Virus record (IMG/VR): IMGVR_UViG_3300042924_005659
Length of the DNA stretch: 64,000 bases
Direction: 5' to 3' (one strand)
From: a virus
Shown: piece after piece, positions 1 to 9,640 of the stretch
Layout of the letters: every line of letters begins with the position of its first letter
Numbering within the stretch: the stretch's first letter is position 1
Program-made: the position numbers and the translations under genes
The notes under the pieces: model-generated
Database searches by the model: none
What the model was told of the DNA's origin: nothing
What the model saw: only the letters and a program-made list of their open reading frames with translations

Positions 1-296
1 TGTACGAATGGCTCTTTGATAGTTTGGTAAGTATGTAGTTTGCTTTGAATCCAAACGCAAGGATCGGAATTAAAAGATTTTCCTACTGATAATATGCTGC
101 TATACGGTAGCTGGCACTCTTCGGCCAATTCTTTACCTGCGTCGTCCGTGATCAAGGTAAAATCATCATGGTGCTTTCGTATGGTTGCAGCTGACAATGC
201 CATTATGTAGACCGCTGGCTTTATAAGTTCCCTACCGCCAATCATATCTAGATAAGGTAAGAACTTGTCCGCCCTAAATGAGTGAAATGCCTTCAT
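1..296 (-). CDS. Partial (runs off the window) putative nucleotide-diphospho-sugar transferase-like protein, DUF6734-like
   Basis: Not in the ORF track. My translation from ATG at 296 (ATGA overlap with the stop of 293..1324) gives MKAFHSFRADKFLPYLDMIGG...MALSAATIRKHHDDFTLITDDAGKELAEECQLPYSSILS...PCVWIQSKLHTYQTIKEPFV with no stop. This resembles the 'LS..TI.KH..TD..G..LPY..W..K..Y...PF.H(ID)' pattern of GT-A-like DUF6734 proteins (recalled, not searched). Confidence 0.45.
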   Translation of the reverse strand, partial: MKAFHSFRADKFLPYLDMIGGRELIKPAVYIMALSAATIRKHHDDFTLITDDAGKELAEECQLPYSSILSVGKSFNSDPCVWIQSKLHTYQTIKEPFV

Positions 297-1324
297 AGTT
301 GATTGTATCCATATCCAAAAAACAACAAGGTATTTTGTCGATAAGTGCCAGTACTAGGATCGTATATGAGCCCTTTAAGATAGTTGCCTTCTGCGGAGTT
401 TTCCATATTACCGTAGGTAGAGCGTTGCTGCGCTTGAAAAGCGGTACATCCTGGAGATGTAGGGGCTAGCGGACATGGACATATATTAGCAGGGGGCCCT
501 TGAGAGCATGGAGGCATGCACGCATAGCCCTCACAAGTTCCGGACAGACAATCGTTGCAACATGTAGTTATGCCAGGCGGGCAGGATGCCGCCCACCCTT
601 CCGGAATACCATCTCCTGGATTGGGATCTCCGTAGGCGGCTGAGTCCGAATAATAGCAACTAGAACAGCATAGAGTAGTTATGCCTACGCTAAGCTCAGC
701 ATCGCACTCATCGCAGTTGGAGACGGGTCCGCACACCGTTCCATTTTGCCCATTTCCCGAAGTAGGAACTGCGGGGCAAGGCTCACAACTAGCGCTGGTT
801 ATACAGCCATTCACTATAGTCCTACAGCAGCATAGTTCGATTGGCGGCGGAGTACAGCAGTCTTTCGGCTCACACTGCGGAACAGGAGGACAAGTACCGT
901 CCTCTGATATTACACAGCCGCTAATGATAGGCTCGCACGGTCCGCATATCCAATTAGGACATATCCCCTGACCGCCGCTGCATGCCTCTTCTGCTTCTGG
1001 ACTATCGCATTTTACGTCCGCAAAGTAAGACGCTTGGCAATCAATTACATCTTGCTCCACGAAACCGCCTGGGCCGGGTGTAGCCCCGTCAGGCTGAGGA
1101 GTAGTACCTTGTACAAGTATCTGGCAATTGCAGTCTTCCTCTTTTGCTACACAGTATCTAAACTTTTGAGACCAGGTAACAGTCTGAGGATCCCCGGGCA
1201 CCATGCCGCAATTTTCGGGGTCTTCCTCTGAGGTAGGGCAAACTTTAGACAAAGTTACACTTAAACAACACAGGTTCAATCCCTGGTCGCAACAACATAC
1301 AATTGCCGGATTAAAAACGCCCAT
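293..1324 (-). CDS. Extremely cysteine-rich protein (43 Cys in 343 aa), probable tail-tip or fibre component
   Basis: Hand count of 43 Cys including CCC, CC, CxC and CxxC clusters; Pro-rich; last member of the baseplate/fibre operon. The function call is inferred. Confidence 0.5.
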   Translation of the reverse strand: MGVFNPAIVCCCDQGLNLCCLSVTLSKVCPTSEEDPENCGMVPGDPQTVTWSQKFRYCVAKEEDCNCQILVQGTTPQPDGATPGPGGFVEQDVIDCQASYFADVKCDSPEAEEACSGGQGICPNWICGPCEPIISGCVISEDGTCPPVPQCEPKDCCTPPPIELCCCRTIVNGCITSASCEPCPAVPTSGNGQNGTVCGPVSNCDECDAELSVGITTLCCSSCYYSDSAAYGDPNPGDGIPEGWAASCPPGITTCCNDCLSGTCEGYACMPPCSQGPPANICPCPLAPTSPGCTAFQAQQRSTYGNMENSAEGNYLKGLIYDPSTGTYRQNTLLFFGYGYNQL

Positions 1325-1608
1325 CAGCGCTCTATGAAACTAAGTCCGTTTGGAAAAACCAGGACTTCAACCCCTAAGGCTTTCTTAATTCTATCTAGCT
1401 CTAGCTCGGAGGATCCCTGAAGCTGAGCCAGCAGCTGATTTACAGCGTCGCTCATGCGTTTTCTTTTTGCGCAAGCTGAGCAGCCTTGAGCGGAGGTCTC
1501 TGTCTCGACGGCATCGTAGGCAGCCTTGATGACCGGACTTACGGCTCTTACCTCTGCGTTGTTTAGTAGCCCGTGTACCGTAGAGTACGTCATTGCAAAC
1601 TTCTTCAT
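1324..1608 (-). CDS. Small CxxC protein (GCSACAKRKR)
   Basis: 94 aa ORF translationally coupled to the Cys-rich gene; single CxxC followed by a basic patch. Confidence 0.5.
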   Translation of the reverse strand: MKKFAMTYSTVHGLLNNAEVRAVSPVIKAAYDAVETETSAQGCSACAKRKRMSDAVNQLLAQLQGSSELELDRIKKALGVEVLVFPNGLSFIER

Positions 1609-1617
1609 GTTATTACC

Positions 1618-2022
1618 TTAAAATGAGGGCGAGTTGTGTGTTTCCGATCTTCGGTTTGTGTACTTAGTAAGTATAGATATGTCTTCTGATAGTATGTCTA
1701 TCTGGTTCTTCATTAAACTAATTGCATCGTTTAATGTCTGTTGGTTGTAGAAAACCAGATTCCACGCGTTAGCTCTATAGAAATCCTGCCCTGCATTAGG
1801 GGCAGCCTTTCTAAACATAGAGAAATCCACGGCCTTAACAATACCGTAAAAAACGTCTACTGGTCCTTCTAAATCGTTCTTACGTTTAATTAAAAGCAAA
1901 TTGCCGTCAACGAAAGAACCCGTAGTGCCGCTGACACCAGTAGTGATCTGAACTCTATAGTGAGGATCTTGATTTCCCTCTCTAACAGTAGTAGTTATGA
2001 AATTTATAGATAGGTTGGCCAT
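1618..2022 (-). CDS. Hypothetical protein with C-terminal coiled coil
   Basis: In-operon ORF with TAATG overlap; heptad-like QQTLNDAISLMKNQIDILSEDISIL. Confidence 0.5.
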   Translation of the reverse strand: MANLSINFITTTVREGNQDPHYRVQITTGVSGTTGSFVDGNLLLIKRKNDLEGPVDVFYGIVKAVDFSMFRKAAPNAGQDFYRANAWNLVFYNQQTLNDAISLMKNQIDILSEDISILTKYTNRRSETHNSPSF

Positions 2023-2300
2023 TAATAAGATCCTCCGTCTAGAACGTCTTTAGCCGGAGTTGCTTCGTATCTGCCAGTAGTGGCATTGAATACGAGCAGA
2101 TCTCCGTCCAACGATCCAGATAGACTAAATTGACTGTTGAGTGCAGTCAAATCTATGACTGACCCGGTTATATTTAACGTAAATAGTTTTCCGTCAGCCA
2201 GGTTTAAAGCAAGCTCTCCAGGATACAGTTCCGCCGGAGTAGGAACTACTCCAGCTTGAATTGAATATCTCTGAATTGTGCTTTTAAACTCGATTGGCAT
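2022..2300 (-). CDS. Short protein with an Mtd N-terminal-like fibre domain
   Basis: VPTPAELYPGELALNLADGKLF matches the 'P....L..GELA.N..DGKL' major tropism determinant N-terminal/fibre motif; ends in DGGSY. Confidence 0.6.
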   Translation of the reverse strand: MPIEFKSTIQRYSIQAGVVPTPAELYPGELALNLADGKLFTLNITGSVIDLTALNSQFSLSGSLDGDLLVFNATTGRYEATPAKDVLDGGSY

Positions 2301-3408
2301 TGTCGGGCGATCCGAAGAACATTCCTGCTGAGGTTATAGAACGAGTAGGCAACATGGAGGTGAGGCCAGCATCTGTACCTACGCCCTCTTCACAGTCTCC
2401 GTCAAAAGCCACCTGTTCGCTAAAGAACCAAACCATAGGACACTGACATGCGTCGTAGTTGGGAACAGGTCCGCTTTCTCCCTCAAGTACTCCCCAGGGA
2501 ATCCAGCCGTACATAAGCACCTGAGTTCCGTTCATAACAGGTACAGGCTTATACCCCTTTTTAACCTGCGCCTCAAGACTTATTCCAGGCGTTAGATACT
2601 TGTCGTACACCATCTCTTTGTTGTTCCAAGCCGCGGTATAAGGCAGCGATGTATTGTAGTTTGCCCAAGAGGCTGGAAAGCAGGCAGGCAAACACATATT
2701 TGCAGCCGTTACGCAGAAGGACGGAGTCCAGGCATACGACCACCCAGTTGCAATAGATCTGCCGGCTATATTGTGGTACGTTTGGGGAACTGAGCCGGTT
2801 ATCTCTGCTAACAGAGGCCCTATCAAGTTAAACTTCGCTACCTGCGCCCCATATCTAGATCTAGCGTCACACAGAGGTTCGCAGGCATTGTTTCCCATCT
2901 CTCCTAATGTTTTAGGTACAAATGCGGCAGCTCCCGTTGCCTTCGCAAAGAACTCCTGAGGAGTTTTGTAGCGATCATTTTGTGTGGGGCCTACTCGTGC
3001 ACAATCTGCATAAGTGGTATATCCAAAGCCGCTTATGTTTGGAGAGCCTCCGCCAGAAGCAATGTTGGGCGGCACTACCAAGTTTAAATTCACCTGCGGC
3101 AAACAGGCGTCGCCTGAAATGTAGGATACTCCGCCCTCCAGTCGAATAGTCTGATCTGGATCGTCTTCTGCTGCAGGAGTGTTGGTGACTTGTAAGCTTA
3201 CTGGGTTACAGCCTATCTCTGCAGGGGGTGGAGTCGGCCAAGGACGTCTGGCGTTATCGTTAACGCATTTTGGCCCATCGGGATCTCTTGGATCCGGTAT
3301 GCATATCTCAACAGGGATTTGACCTGAGTCACAATCTACAGAGACAGGTAGCGATACGCAGCCCGGTCCAGTAATTGGTGGAATAGGAATGCATTTATCT
3401 AGGCTCAT
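2284..3408 (-). CDS. Cys/Pro-rich putative tail-associated protein
   Basis: 374 aa in-operon ORF with many Cys-Pro motifs (CIPIPP, CLPQ, CEPLC, CQCP); position in the tail-distal module. Confidence 0.45.
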   Translation of the reverse strand: MSLDKCIPIPPITGPGCVSLPVSVDCDSGQIPVEICIPDPRDPDGPKCVNDNARRPWPTPPPAEIGCNPVSLQVTNTPAAEDDPDQTIRLEGGVSYISGDACLPQVNLNLVVPPNIASGGGSPNISGFGYTTYADCARVGPTQNDRYKTPQEFFAKATGAAAFVPKTLGEMGNNACEPLCDARSRYGAQVAKFNLIGPLLAEITGSVPQTYHNIAGRSIATGWSYAWTPSFCVTAANMCLPACFPASWANYNTSLPYTAAWNNKEMVYDKYLTPGISLEAQVKKGYKPVPVMNGTQVLMYGWIPWGVLEGESGPVPNYDACQCPMVWFFSEQVAFDGDCEEGVGTDAGLTSMLPTRSITSAGMFFGSPDNANRV

Positions 3409-3416
3409 ATAGATCC

Positions 3417-4334
3417 TTACTGGCAGTTAAATACGTTTGGATTATCTGAACTTTGAGGCAGCCCTACGTATATAAAGCGTATTATATGCGGAAAGCCAGA
3501 CAAAACCGAACTGTTAAGGAAGTCAGCATTTACAGCGTTCAGCTCTGCTCTTGTAAACGCACTGACTGCCAATGGACTTTGTGCGACAATCTTTACATCG
3601 CCATTTGCGTCAGGCTCCACTCCAGAAATGCTGTAAATTCCCTCGTTGCACAGTATGTCCTTGGAGTTAATTTTTTCTACCCACGGTCCACACTGCTCAG
3701 CCTGAGAGTCGTTTGCACCCTGCTGAGCGCCTATTATCACAGTGCGAGTATTAGTGAGAACCGAGATAGTGCAATTGTCCCCGGCGACCAACTTCACGTC
3801 GCCTACAACCGGCTGGGATTCGTCGGTATATCTAAGAGTGTCGGTTTGCTGCAGTAAAGGCAAAGCGCTTCTACAAGTTATCTCATTAACTCGTTGCTTG
3901 CACAAAGCTACTGCCGTGCTTGGCTCAAATGCAGCGTAGACAAATATAGGCTCAGCCGCAGCAAAGGGAGTAAACAGGTTTTGAAGATTGCTAAAGCAGA
4001 TATAACCCTCAACGGAGTATGCAGCTAAAGTAGGAAAGTCCTGCGAATCAAAATGGTATCGCACATATTCCTGCGTAGCATAAGCATCGTCTGCAAATTC
4101 CAGTACTGGATTACCTATCACAGTAGGCCCAACCAATAAGTTTATTCTTACCCTCAGCGGCTGACCTGGAGCTTTGTGCAGTGATGCCAGCTCTACAAAT
4201 GGCGCCTCTACAAAAGAATCGCCGGTTACATATATTTTAAAGTCAACTAAAGTCTTGCGCAAAGCATCTATTTGACTACTGTTGCCTGCAATGGACGCTA
4301 AGGGATAGGATATGCTACTAAAGGCGTCGTACAC
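3417..4334 (-). CDS. Baseplate/fibre-associated protein, paralogue array member 5
   Basis: Shares 'YP....LVDFKI' near the N-terminus and 'IYSISGVEPDANGDVKI' with its neighbours. Confidence 0.5.
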   Translation of the reverse strand: MYDAFSSISYPLASIAGNSSQIDALRKTLVDFKIYVTGDSFVEAPFVELASLHKAPGQPLRVRINLLVGPTVIGNPVLEFADDAYATQEYVRYHFDSQDFPTLAAYSVEGYICFSNLQNLFTPFAAAEPIFVYAAFEPSTAVALCKQRVNEITCRSALPLLQQTDTLRYTDESQPVVGDVKLVAGDNCTISVLTNTRTVIIGAQQGANDSQAEQCGPWVEKINSKDILCNEGIYSISGVEPDANGDVKIVAQSPLAVSAFTRAELNAVNADFLNSSVLSGFPHIIRFIYVGLPQSSDNPNVFNCQ

Positions 4335-4335
4335 T

Positions 4336-5169
4336 TTAACCTCCCGCCATGCTAAAGATAATCGAATTGCCCTCGGTAGTTATACGGAAAGCAGGTCTAA
4401 GTTCCCTAGTATCTTGTATCGGGTTGAAGGCGGCTGTCTTCAACGAAAGCACCACTGAACCATCCGCTTTTTGTTTTAACTTAGTTGCAAACGGTCCAAC
4501 CAAGGAACCCTCGAGAGTTTTTACATAGTGCACTAAAGTTATGTTCTTTAGGAATATTCCGTTAAGGTTCAAGACTTCAGACTGAGGGTAGTTGGGATCT
4601 ACGCACTCGTATCTAGTGAAGTGAGGATCACCTAGAACGCTAATTTTAATAGTGTTGGAGTCCAGTCGATCTACTCTAATGCCCTCGTTACCCGTCAGAG
4701 TGATATCGCCGGACTTTTCATTCAAAGACTGAACTTGGTTTTTGGGCAGGTACTCGCAAACAGCTGGCAAAAAGGTGGCAGCCTCAGGAGTAAGTTCGTA
4801 TTGTCCTTCGTCCACGGATTGCAGCAAGAAGCTTTTACTTGGATCGATTACCAAGCATCCTCCAAGTACGCCTTCGGAGTCAAATATCGATATTTGTTCT
4901 TTGGTAGAGCCAAATTCTATCTTGGCCTCTCCCAGTACGTCTCCAGCTGCTGAGCTTAATTGTAATGCAACCATAGCATCAGTCCTGGTTACTCTGCTGA
5001 CATAGCAGGGCTGCTCAGACGCATAGTTACCTCTTGCATATATTCTTGCGTCTACAATCCAGCTCTGAGGCAAAAAGCCGGAGCTAAAAGAAAGAGTGCT
5101 GCTATCCAAAAAGGGATAGTTTCTACTTGCGTTTAAATTACGCCATTCTAAATGCGGAATTGTATTCAC
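4336..5169 (-). CDS. Baseplate/fibre-associated protein, paralogue array member 4 (start revised to GTG at 5169)
   Basis: GTGA overlap with the upstream stop at 5166-5168 places EWRNLNASRNYPF at the N-terminus, as in the paralogues. The track start at 5307 overlaps the upstream gene by about 140 nt. Confidence 0.55.
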   Translation of the reverse strand: MNTIPHLEWRNLNASRNYPFLDSSTLSFSSGFLPQSWIVDARIYARGNYASEQPCYVSRVTRTDAMVALQLSSAAGDVLGEAKIEFGSTKEQISIFDSEGVLGGCLVIDPSKSFLLQSVDEGQYELTPEAATFLPAVCEYLPKNQVQSLNEKSGDITLTGNEGIRVDRLDSNTIKISVLGDPHFTRYECVDPNYPQSEVLNLNGIFLKNITLVHYVKTLEGSLVGPFATKLKQKADGSVVLSLKTAAFNPIQDTRELRPAFRITTEGNSIIFSMAGG

Positions 5170-6719
5170 GACGCTGCTCCTGCTACGCCTATCGTTCTTA
5201 TTCCAGGTAGGCCATTGCTTCTGGTGTAGTTTTGTACCAGGGTGCCTATTCCTTGGGCTGACAGCACACCTGCCGCCAATACAGAGCCGTTGGACACTAT
5301 TGCCCAAGCGTCGTTTGGAGCTCCACGAATTTCCAACATGCAGGCCGGATTCGAACTGTGCTGATACAGGCCGTAACCTACTCTCATGTAAATTCCGGAT
5401 TCTGGGAATGTATCTAGAGCACTAATACCAACAGATATCTCAGTAACGCCGATAGTGTCGTAGATCGTCGTTGGTCCAAGAGTAAGTGCGTAGCTGTCGT
5501 TTCCGTATACCACCTCACGATTGGATCTGAGGTTGGTATTCAATCCGCCAAACGCAACCAGACTTACTCCGTCATTTCCATAAAGCTGCCACTCTCCTAG
5601 AGCAGCATCGACGTGAAGAGCGTTTAAAGTCTCTCCAAAAAAGAATATAGGAGAAGTAGTACCAAATATAGCTACCGAGGGTCGAGTTGGATGCTGCTGC
5701 AAATAACTGAACGAGTAGGAATAGCTGGATACGCCATCAAATATCTCAAATGTAAGCTTGGTATTTGTATTTAACGACACTCTGTCTTGAGCAGGTGGCT
5801 GAGAATAAGTGCTGGTGAATTGAGCCAAGCCTTGGACAGTACCGCAGGTCTCCGGTATTTCCAATCTTCCCTTGCAAAATGCCTCTAATGGCAAATCTGA
5901 GGATATGACTACAGTCTCTTTGTCTCCGGCACCTTCGTATCTGGCGTACATAGGCTTATCTAGGACTATTACAAGCTCTCGGTCTTCGCCCTGGGGGACT
6001 AAGCCGTTGAGGCTTCTTATGGCATTAAACGCACAAGTGTTAGATTCCGGGCGTCCTCCGCACTGGCCTATAAATGCCTGCAGGCTCTGCCTCACCTCAG
6101 ACTTAGTGCCGCTGAATTGAATAGCCAGGCCTTTGGAATCGGACACCACTTCCAATCCGTTCTGGCCCACCAGCTGCACCTTGCCGTCTACTGTGGTGTC
6201 GAATCCCTGCTTTCCTATAGTCGTAACTCCGCCATATTCGTATCTACTTATGCAAGAGTCCGATATCATCGAAGCCTGAGGTCCAGAGAAAGACCAGGAG
6301 CCCTCTGTAAGAACTCCGGAACCGAAAACCACCCATCCGCCAACTCCAGGAACCTCGGGCTGTAAATGCACTATAGAGCCCGGAAGACTGTTAGTTCTCC
6401 GCACCTGAACAGTGGCAAGTACAAAAGCCCCAAGTACTGAATATTGCTCATTTGAAATAGTGGCAGCAGGAGTATCTGGAGAAAAGGGATGCGTCTGAGA
6501 TCCCATTATTGTGAGAGTTACCAAAGACCGGGTTGTCTTTATGCTGGCTACAAATGCGCATGCAGCCACTGCCCCAGGCACCACGAGCTTCATATCTACC
6601 AATAAAGAGTTTACTGCAGAGACGTCCGTAGAGGCGTAGGGCTCCAGAGTAGCCCTTTCAGCCACGGGATATCGTCGATATTCATTGTCGTTGAGGAAGT
6701 CTCTACTTACTACTTTCAT
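5166..6719 (-). CDS. Baseplate/fibre-associated protein, paralogue array member 3
   Basis: N-terminal FLNDNEYRRYP...VDMKLVVP; internal IRSLNGLVP motif. Confidence 0.55.
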   Translation of the reverse strand: MKVVSRDFLNDNEYRRYPVAERATLEPYASTDVSAVNSLLVDMKLVVPGAVAACAFVASIKTTRSLVTLTIMGSQTHPFSPDTPAATISNEQYSVLGAFVLATVQVRRTNSLPGSIVHLQPEVPGVGGWVVFGSGVLTEGSWSFSGPQASMISDSCISRYEYGGVTTIGKQGFDTTVDGKVQLVGQNGLEVVSDSKGLAIQFSGTKSEVRQSLQAFIGQCGGRPESNTCAFNAIRSLNGLVPQGEDRELVIVLDKPMYARYEGAGDKETVVISSDLPLEAFCKGRLEIPETCGTVQGLAQFTSTYSQPPAQDRVSLNTNTKLTFEIFDGVSSYSYSFSYLQQHPTRPSVAIFGTTSPIFFFGETLNALHVDAALGEWQLYGNDGVSLVAFGGLNTNLRSNREVVYGNDSYALTLGPTTIYDTIGVTEISVGISALDTFPESGIYMRVGYGLYQHSSNPACMLEIRGAPNDAWAIVSNGSVLAAGVLSAQGIGTLVQNYTRSNGLPGIRTIGVAGAAS

Positions 6720-6727
6720 AGTTGGCC

Positions 6728-8623
6728 TCAGATAATTATGGTTGCTGCCGTCTCGAACTCTCCCGCAGGAATATCTACTTCGTCATCTGAGGCATCGACA
6801 GCCTTGCACTTAGTGACAAATCCGGCAGGTTGTCCTGTCGGAGGAGGAGTATACTTAGCTACCACTTGAATGGCGCCAGTGTACTCACTAGGTATGCTGC
6901 CTAGCAAGGCATCGTACTGCCCTGTCAGATTTAGCGGAATAGACACACTTCCGGCGTCTGTCCAGGCGTTATCAGCAAACGTACGGTATAGCAGAGACAC
7001 GGAGGACTGGCCGTGTACGGCGTCGGAGAACTTCACTCTAACGCTTCTATCAGTTCCGATAAGCAAGTAAGAAGCAGTCGCAGACGGACACGGATTGACG
7101 GACTTCTTGTTAGGCGCCATGGCGGCAGTCTTCTTTATGTTTTCCGCAATCACTCTATTGCTGGCCTGTCCGCAAGGAGATCCCTGAGGAGTCGGAGAGC
7201 TGCCAAAATACGTAAATGTCAGGTTTATGTCTACATAGCCAGGGCTGGCGTTTAGATTGACTATTTTTCTGAATATAGGATCTACAATGACCAGACCCGA
7301 GGTGATCATTAGATACCCTGTGCATGAAGGAATATCGTTAGGCTGTTCTTGCTGGCAAGACGTAATTGGAAGCGACGACAAGTCCACGCTGGTCTCTATT
7401 ACGCCCTGCGACTCTATATTGAATAGAAGCCCCTTGTTAGTAGGATTTAGATTCTTATAGTAAAGATATGATGCGTCAGATATTGGAATACAGGCAATAG
7501 GCTGACCTTGAGCTATGGAATAAGACACACCATTCTCGTCAGTAGCCTCCATATTGTATTTAGCAGTCACTGCATGCTTCAGCTTCATCGACAGTGCGCG
7601 GATCGTATGGCCGGTGTTGTTCTCGGCCATGGCCTGAATCTGCAGCTTAAAGTTTTGTTGTGGCCAAAGTCTAAATCTTGGAGTAAACGAGCCGGCAGTC
7701 TGACAGCATGCAATTCTGCTGTTGAACCGCTGCGTAATCACGTTGTATTCGGTGACCAGCTCGCCTAATCGCTTTACCGCTTTATGGTACAGAACGGCCA
7801 CACCCTTAGTGTAATCCGATACGTCTTTATAATCTTGGCATCTGCAGCAGGGAGCACAGTGTGAGTTCAGGGCCACTTGAGGATTAGAGCCATTTATGTA
7901 CCTGCTGTCTACGCTGATGCAGTCTGCTGTTTGCGCCTGTATCGAAAATTCGCCTTTATCGTTGGCCTCTTGGCCGTTGATTCTGCGCAGCACCTGCTCG
8001 ATAGCAGGAACAGTGTCGCAAGGCTCTACTCCTAGCCCGGCCCCAGGAGATACGCTGAAAGTTACAGCTACAGGATCTTCTGCAGAGTAGTCCAGGGCAT
8101 AGTTATACCCTTCCAATACGTGTACTGGTCTTGCTGGCAGGATAGCATTATCGACATCCAGAGCTACAGTTCCAACCTCCGGCTCCAAGCAAAACGGAGC
8201 CAGCGGATATTGATTGATTGGATACGAGCTGAACTCTACCCCATCAATAATTACGTAGGTTATATAGTAGCCTTTTTGAACATTAGCCAGCGTACCGTAT
8301 ACGTATCCGCCTAGCGACTCCTCCGTCCTGTACAGAGTCTGAGATGTGTCATATGGGCCGTTCGTAGTACTTATTGCGTTTTCAAAATCTTGCCGGCTGA
8401 ACAGCTGGCCTGCAGAAGTAATTACGTTACATTTTAGTTTGGGTCCGAGGCCAGGATTCAAGGCTATGCTTACATACTCCAGCATTGCGCTGCTTAAAGC
8501 ACCGGCTGCGAATACCTTAAATGCCACTATTGGCGGATTTCCGGTCGGAGCAGTGGACAGGAAGGGCAGTCCGTTGGCCTCGCACTCCTCTAGAAAGCCC
8601 GCTGCATACTTCGTAGGGCTCAT
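6728..8623 (-). CDS. Baseplate/fibre-associated protein, paralogue array member 2 (start revised to ATG at 8623)
   Basis: GGAGG RBS upstream of ATG 8623, just after the stop at 8625. Contains LRRINGQ...DCISV...HCAPCCRC followed by a coiled coil, like 8625..9587. Confidence 0.55.
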   Translation of the reverse strand: MSPTKYAAGFLEECEANGLPFLSTAPTGNPPIVAFKVFAAGALSSAMLEYVSIALNPGLGPKLKCNVITSAGQLFSRQDFENAISTTNGPYDTSQTLYRTEESLGGYVYGTLANVQKGYYITYVIIDGVEFSSYPINQYPLAPFCLEPEVGTVALDVDNAILPARPVHVLEGYNYALDYSAEDPVAVTFSVSPGAGLGVEPCDTVPAIEQVLRRINGQEANDKGEFSIQAQTADCISVDSRYINGSNPQVALNSHCAPCCRCQDYKDVSDYTKGVAVLYHKAVKRLGELVTEYNVITQRFNSRIACCQTAGSFTPRFRLWPQQNFKLQIQAMAENNTGHTIRALSMKLKHAVTAKYNMEATDENGVSYSIAQGQPIACIPISDASYLYYKNLNPTNKGLLFNIESQGVIETSVDLSSLPITSCQQEQPNDIPSCTGYLMITSGLVIVDPIFRKIVNLNASPGYVDINLTFTYFGSSPTPQGSPCGQASNRVIAENIKKTAAMAPNKKSVNPCPSATASYLLIGTDRSVRVKFSDAVHGQSSVSLLYRTFADNAWTDAGSVSIPLNLTGQYDALLGSIPSEYTGAIQVVAKYTPPPTGQPAGFVTKCKAVDASDDEVDIPAGEFETAATIII

Positions 8624-8624
8624 A

Positions 8625-9587
8625 TCAACCTCCGTCCTGCGCGCAGCTCGTAGAGTCAACCGAAGACGTCAAGCATATGTTCTGCAGCTGTGCCACAGAG
8701 CTGGCAAGAATGGTTATTTCATTGGCCAAGGTGCTTAGCTTGTTGTTCAGGTTATCTACGTCTCCAACGACCACGTTAAGTTCGTTGCATCCGCAGCAAG
8801 GCTTGGCGCAGGTATCTGAGATCGAGATTCCGTCGCTGCTGGTATTAACAAATACGCAGTCGCCACCCACTATGGAAACGTTGCCTTGTGGGTCTCCGGT
8901 AAGGCCGTTTATTGTTCTGATGCACGGACTTAGCTCTATATCGTTGCAGTCGCATGTTTCTGTAAGTCCACCTCCATCAACAGCATTGAATCTAAGCGAG
9001 CTGTATCCTGAGGAAGAAGTTACGGATATGCTGTGATTAGATCCGCTGGTTAGAGATATCTGTCCAGACAGCACTGGAGTAGTAAACCCAGAGTTTACGA
9101 CTCTAATTCCGCTGATTCTCTTAATCCCAAAGGATACTACCGTAGCCTCTACTCTAGTCGCAGCAAGGTTAAAGGTCAGAGTGCCTATAGCGTTTTGAAG
9201 TCCGGAGATATCTCCTAAAATTGCTACTCCAGATATCTGTGAGAAGTCGTAATCAGAAGACGACGTAACTCCCTTTATGGCTACGGAAGAGTATTGCGAA
9301 AATCCTGTAAAAGCTACAGGCGAGGATACGGCAACACTGGGAGCTTGGAACTCTCCGTCGTATCCGAGCTCAAATACGAATCCTTGCGGATATACGGTAA
9401 TCGAGCTGATGTAAAAGCCGGATGGCTTCAGGCCCGGCATATAAGGCACCGCCAGCTTCATGTCCACAAACACTTCGTTTGGCAGCTCAAACGATGAGTT
9501 ATTAGCCTTCTGAGTAGCGAGCTGGCTAAGAGGGTAGTTTCTCAGAGAGTTAGAGTTAAGCCATTCAGTTCCAATAATTGCTGACAT
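8625..9587 (-). CDS. Baseplate/fibre-associated protein, paralogue array member 1
   Basis: EWLNSNSLRNYPL...VFVDMKLAVP; IRTINGLTGDPQGNV...TCAKPCCGC then a heptad coiled coil; GGAGG RBS. Confidence 0.55.
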   Translation of the reverse strand: MSAIIGTEWLNSNSLRNYPLSQLATQKANNSSFELPNEVFVDMKLAVPYMPGLKPSGFYISSITVYPQGFVFELGYDGEFQAPSVAVSSPVAFTGFSQYSSVAIKGVTSSSDYDFSQISGVAILGDISGLQNAIGTLTFNLAATRVEATVVSFGIKRISGIRVVNSGFTTPVLSGQISLTSGSNHSISVTSSSGYSSLRFNAVDGGGLTETCDCNDIELSPCIRTINGLTGDPQGNVSIVGGDCVFVNTSSDGISISDTCAKPCCGCNELNVVVGDVDNLNNKLSTLANEITILASSVAQLQNICLTSSVDSTSCAQDGG

Positions 9588-9596
9588 AAAGCCTCC

Positions 9597-9631
9597 AAGC
9601 CAGGAAGCCTAGTTTACTGAATGCCTGGCTT
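9597..9631 (-). promoter_or_regulatory. Intergenic inverted repeat (8-bp arms) abutting the RBS of 8625..9587
   Basis: AAGCCAGG-N19-CCTGGCTT directly followed on the minus strand by GGAGG and ATG. Confidence 0.3.
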
Positions 9632-9640
9632 ATCTAAATT

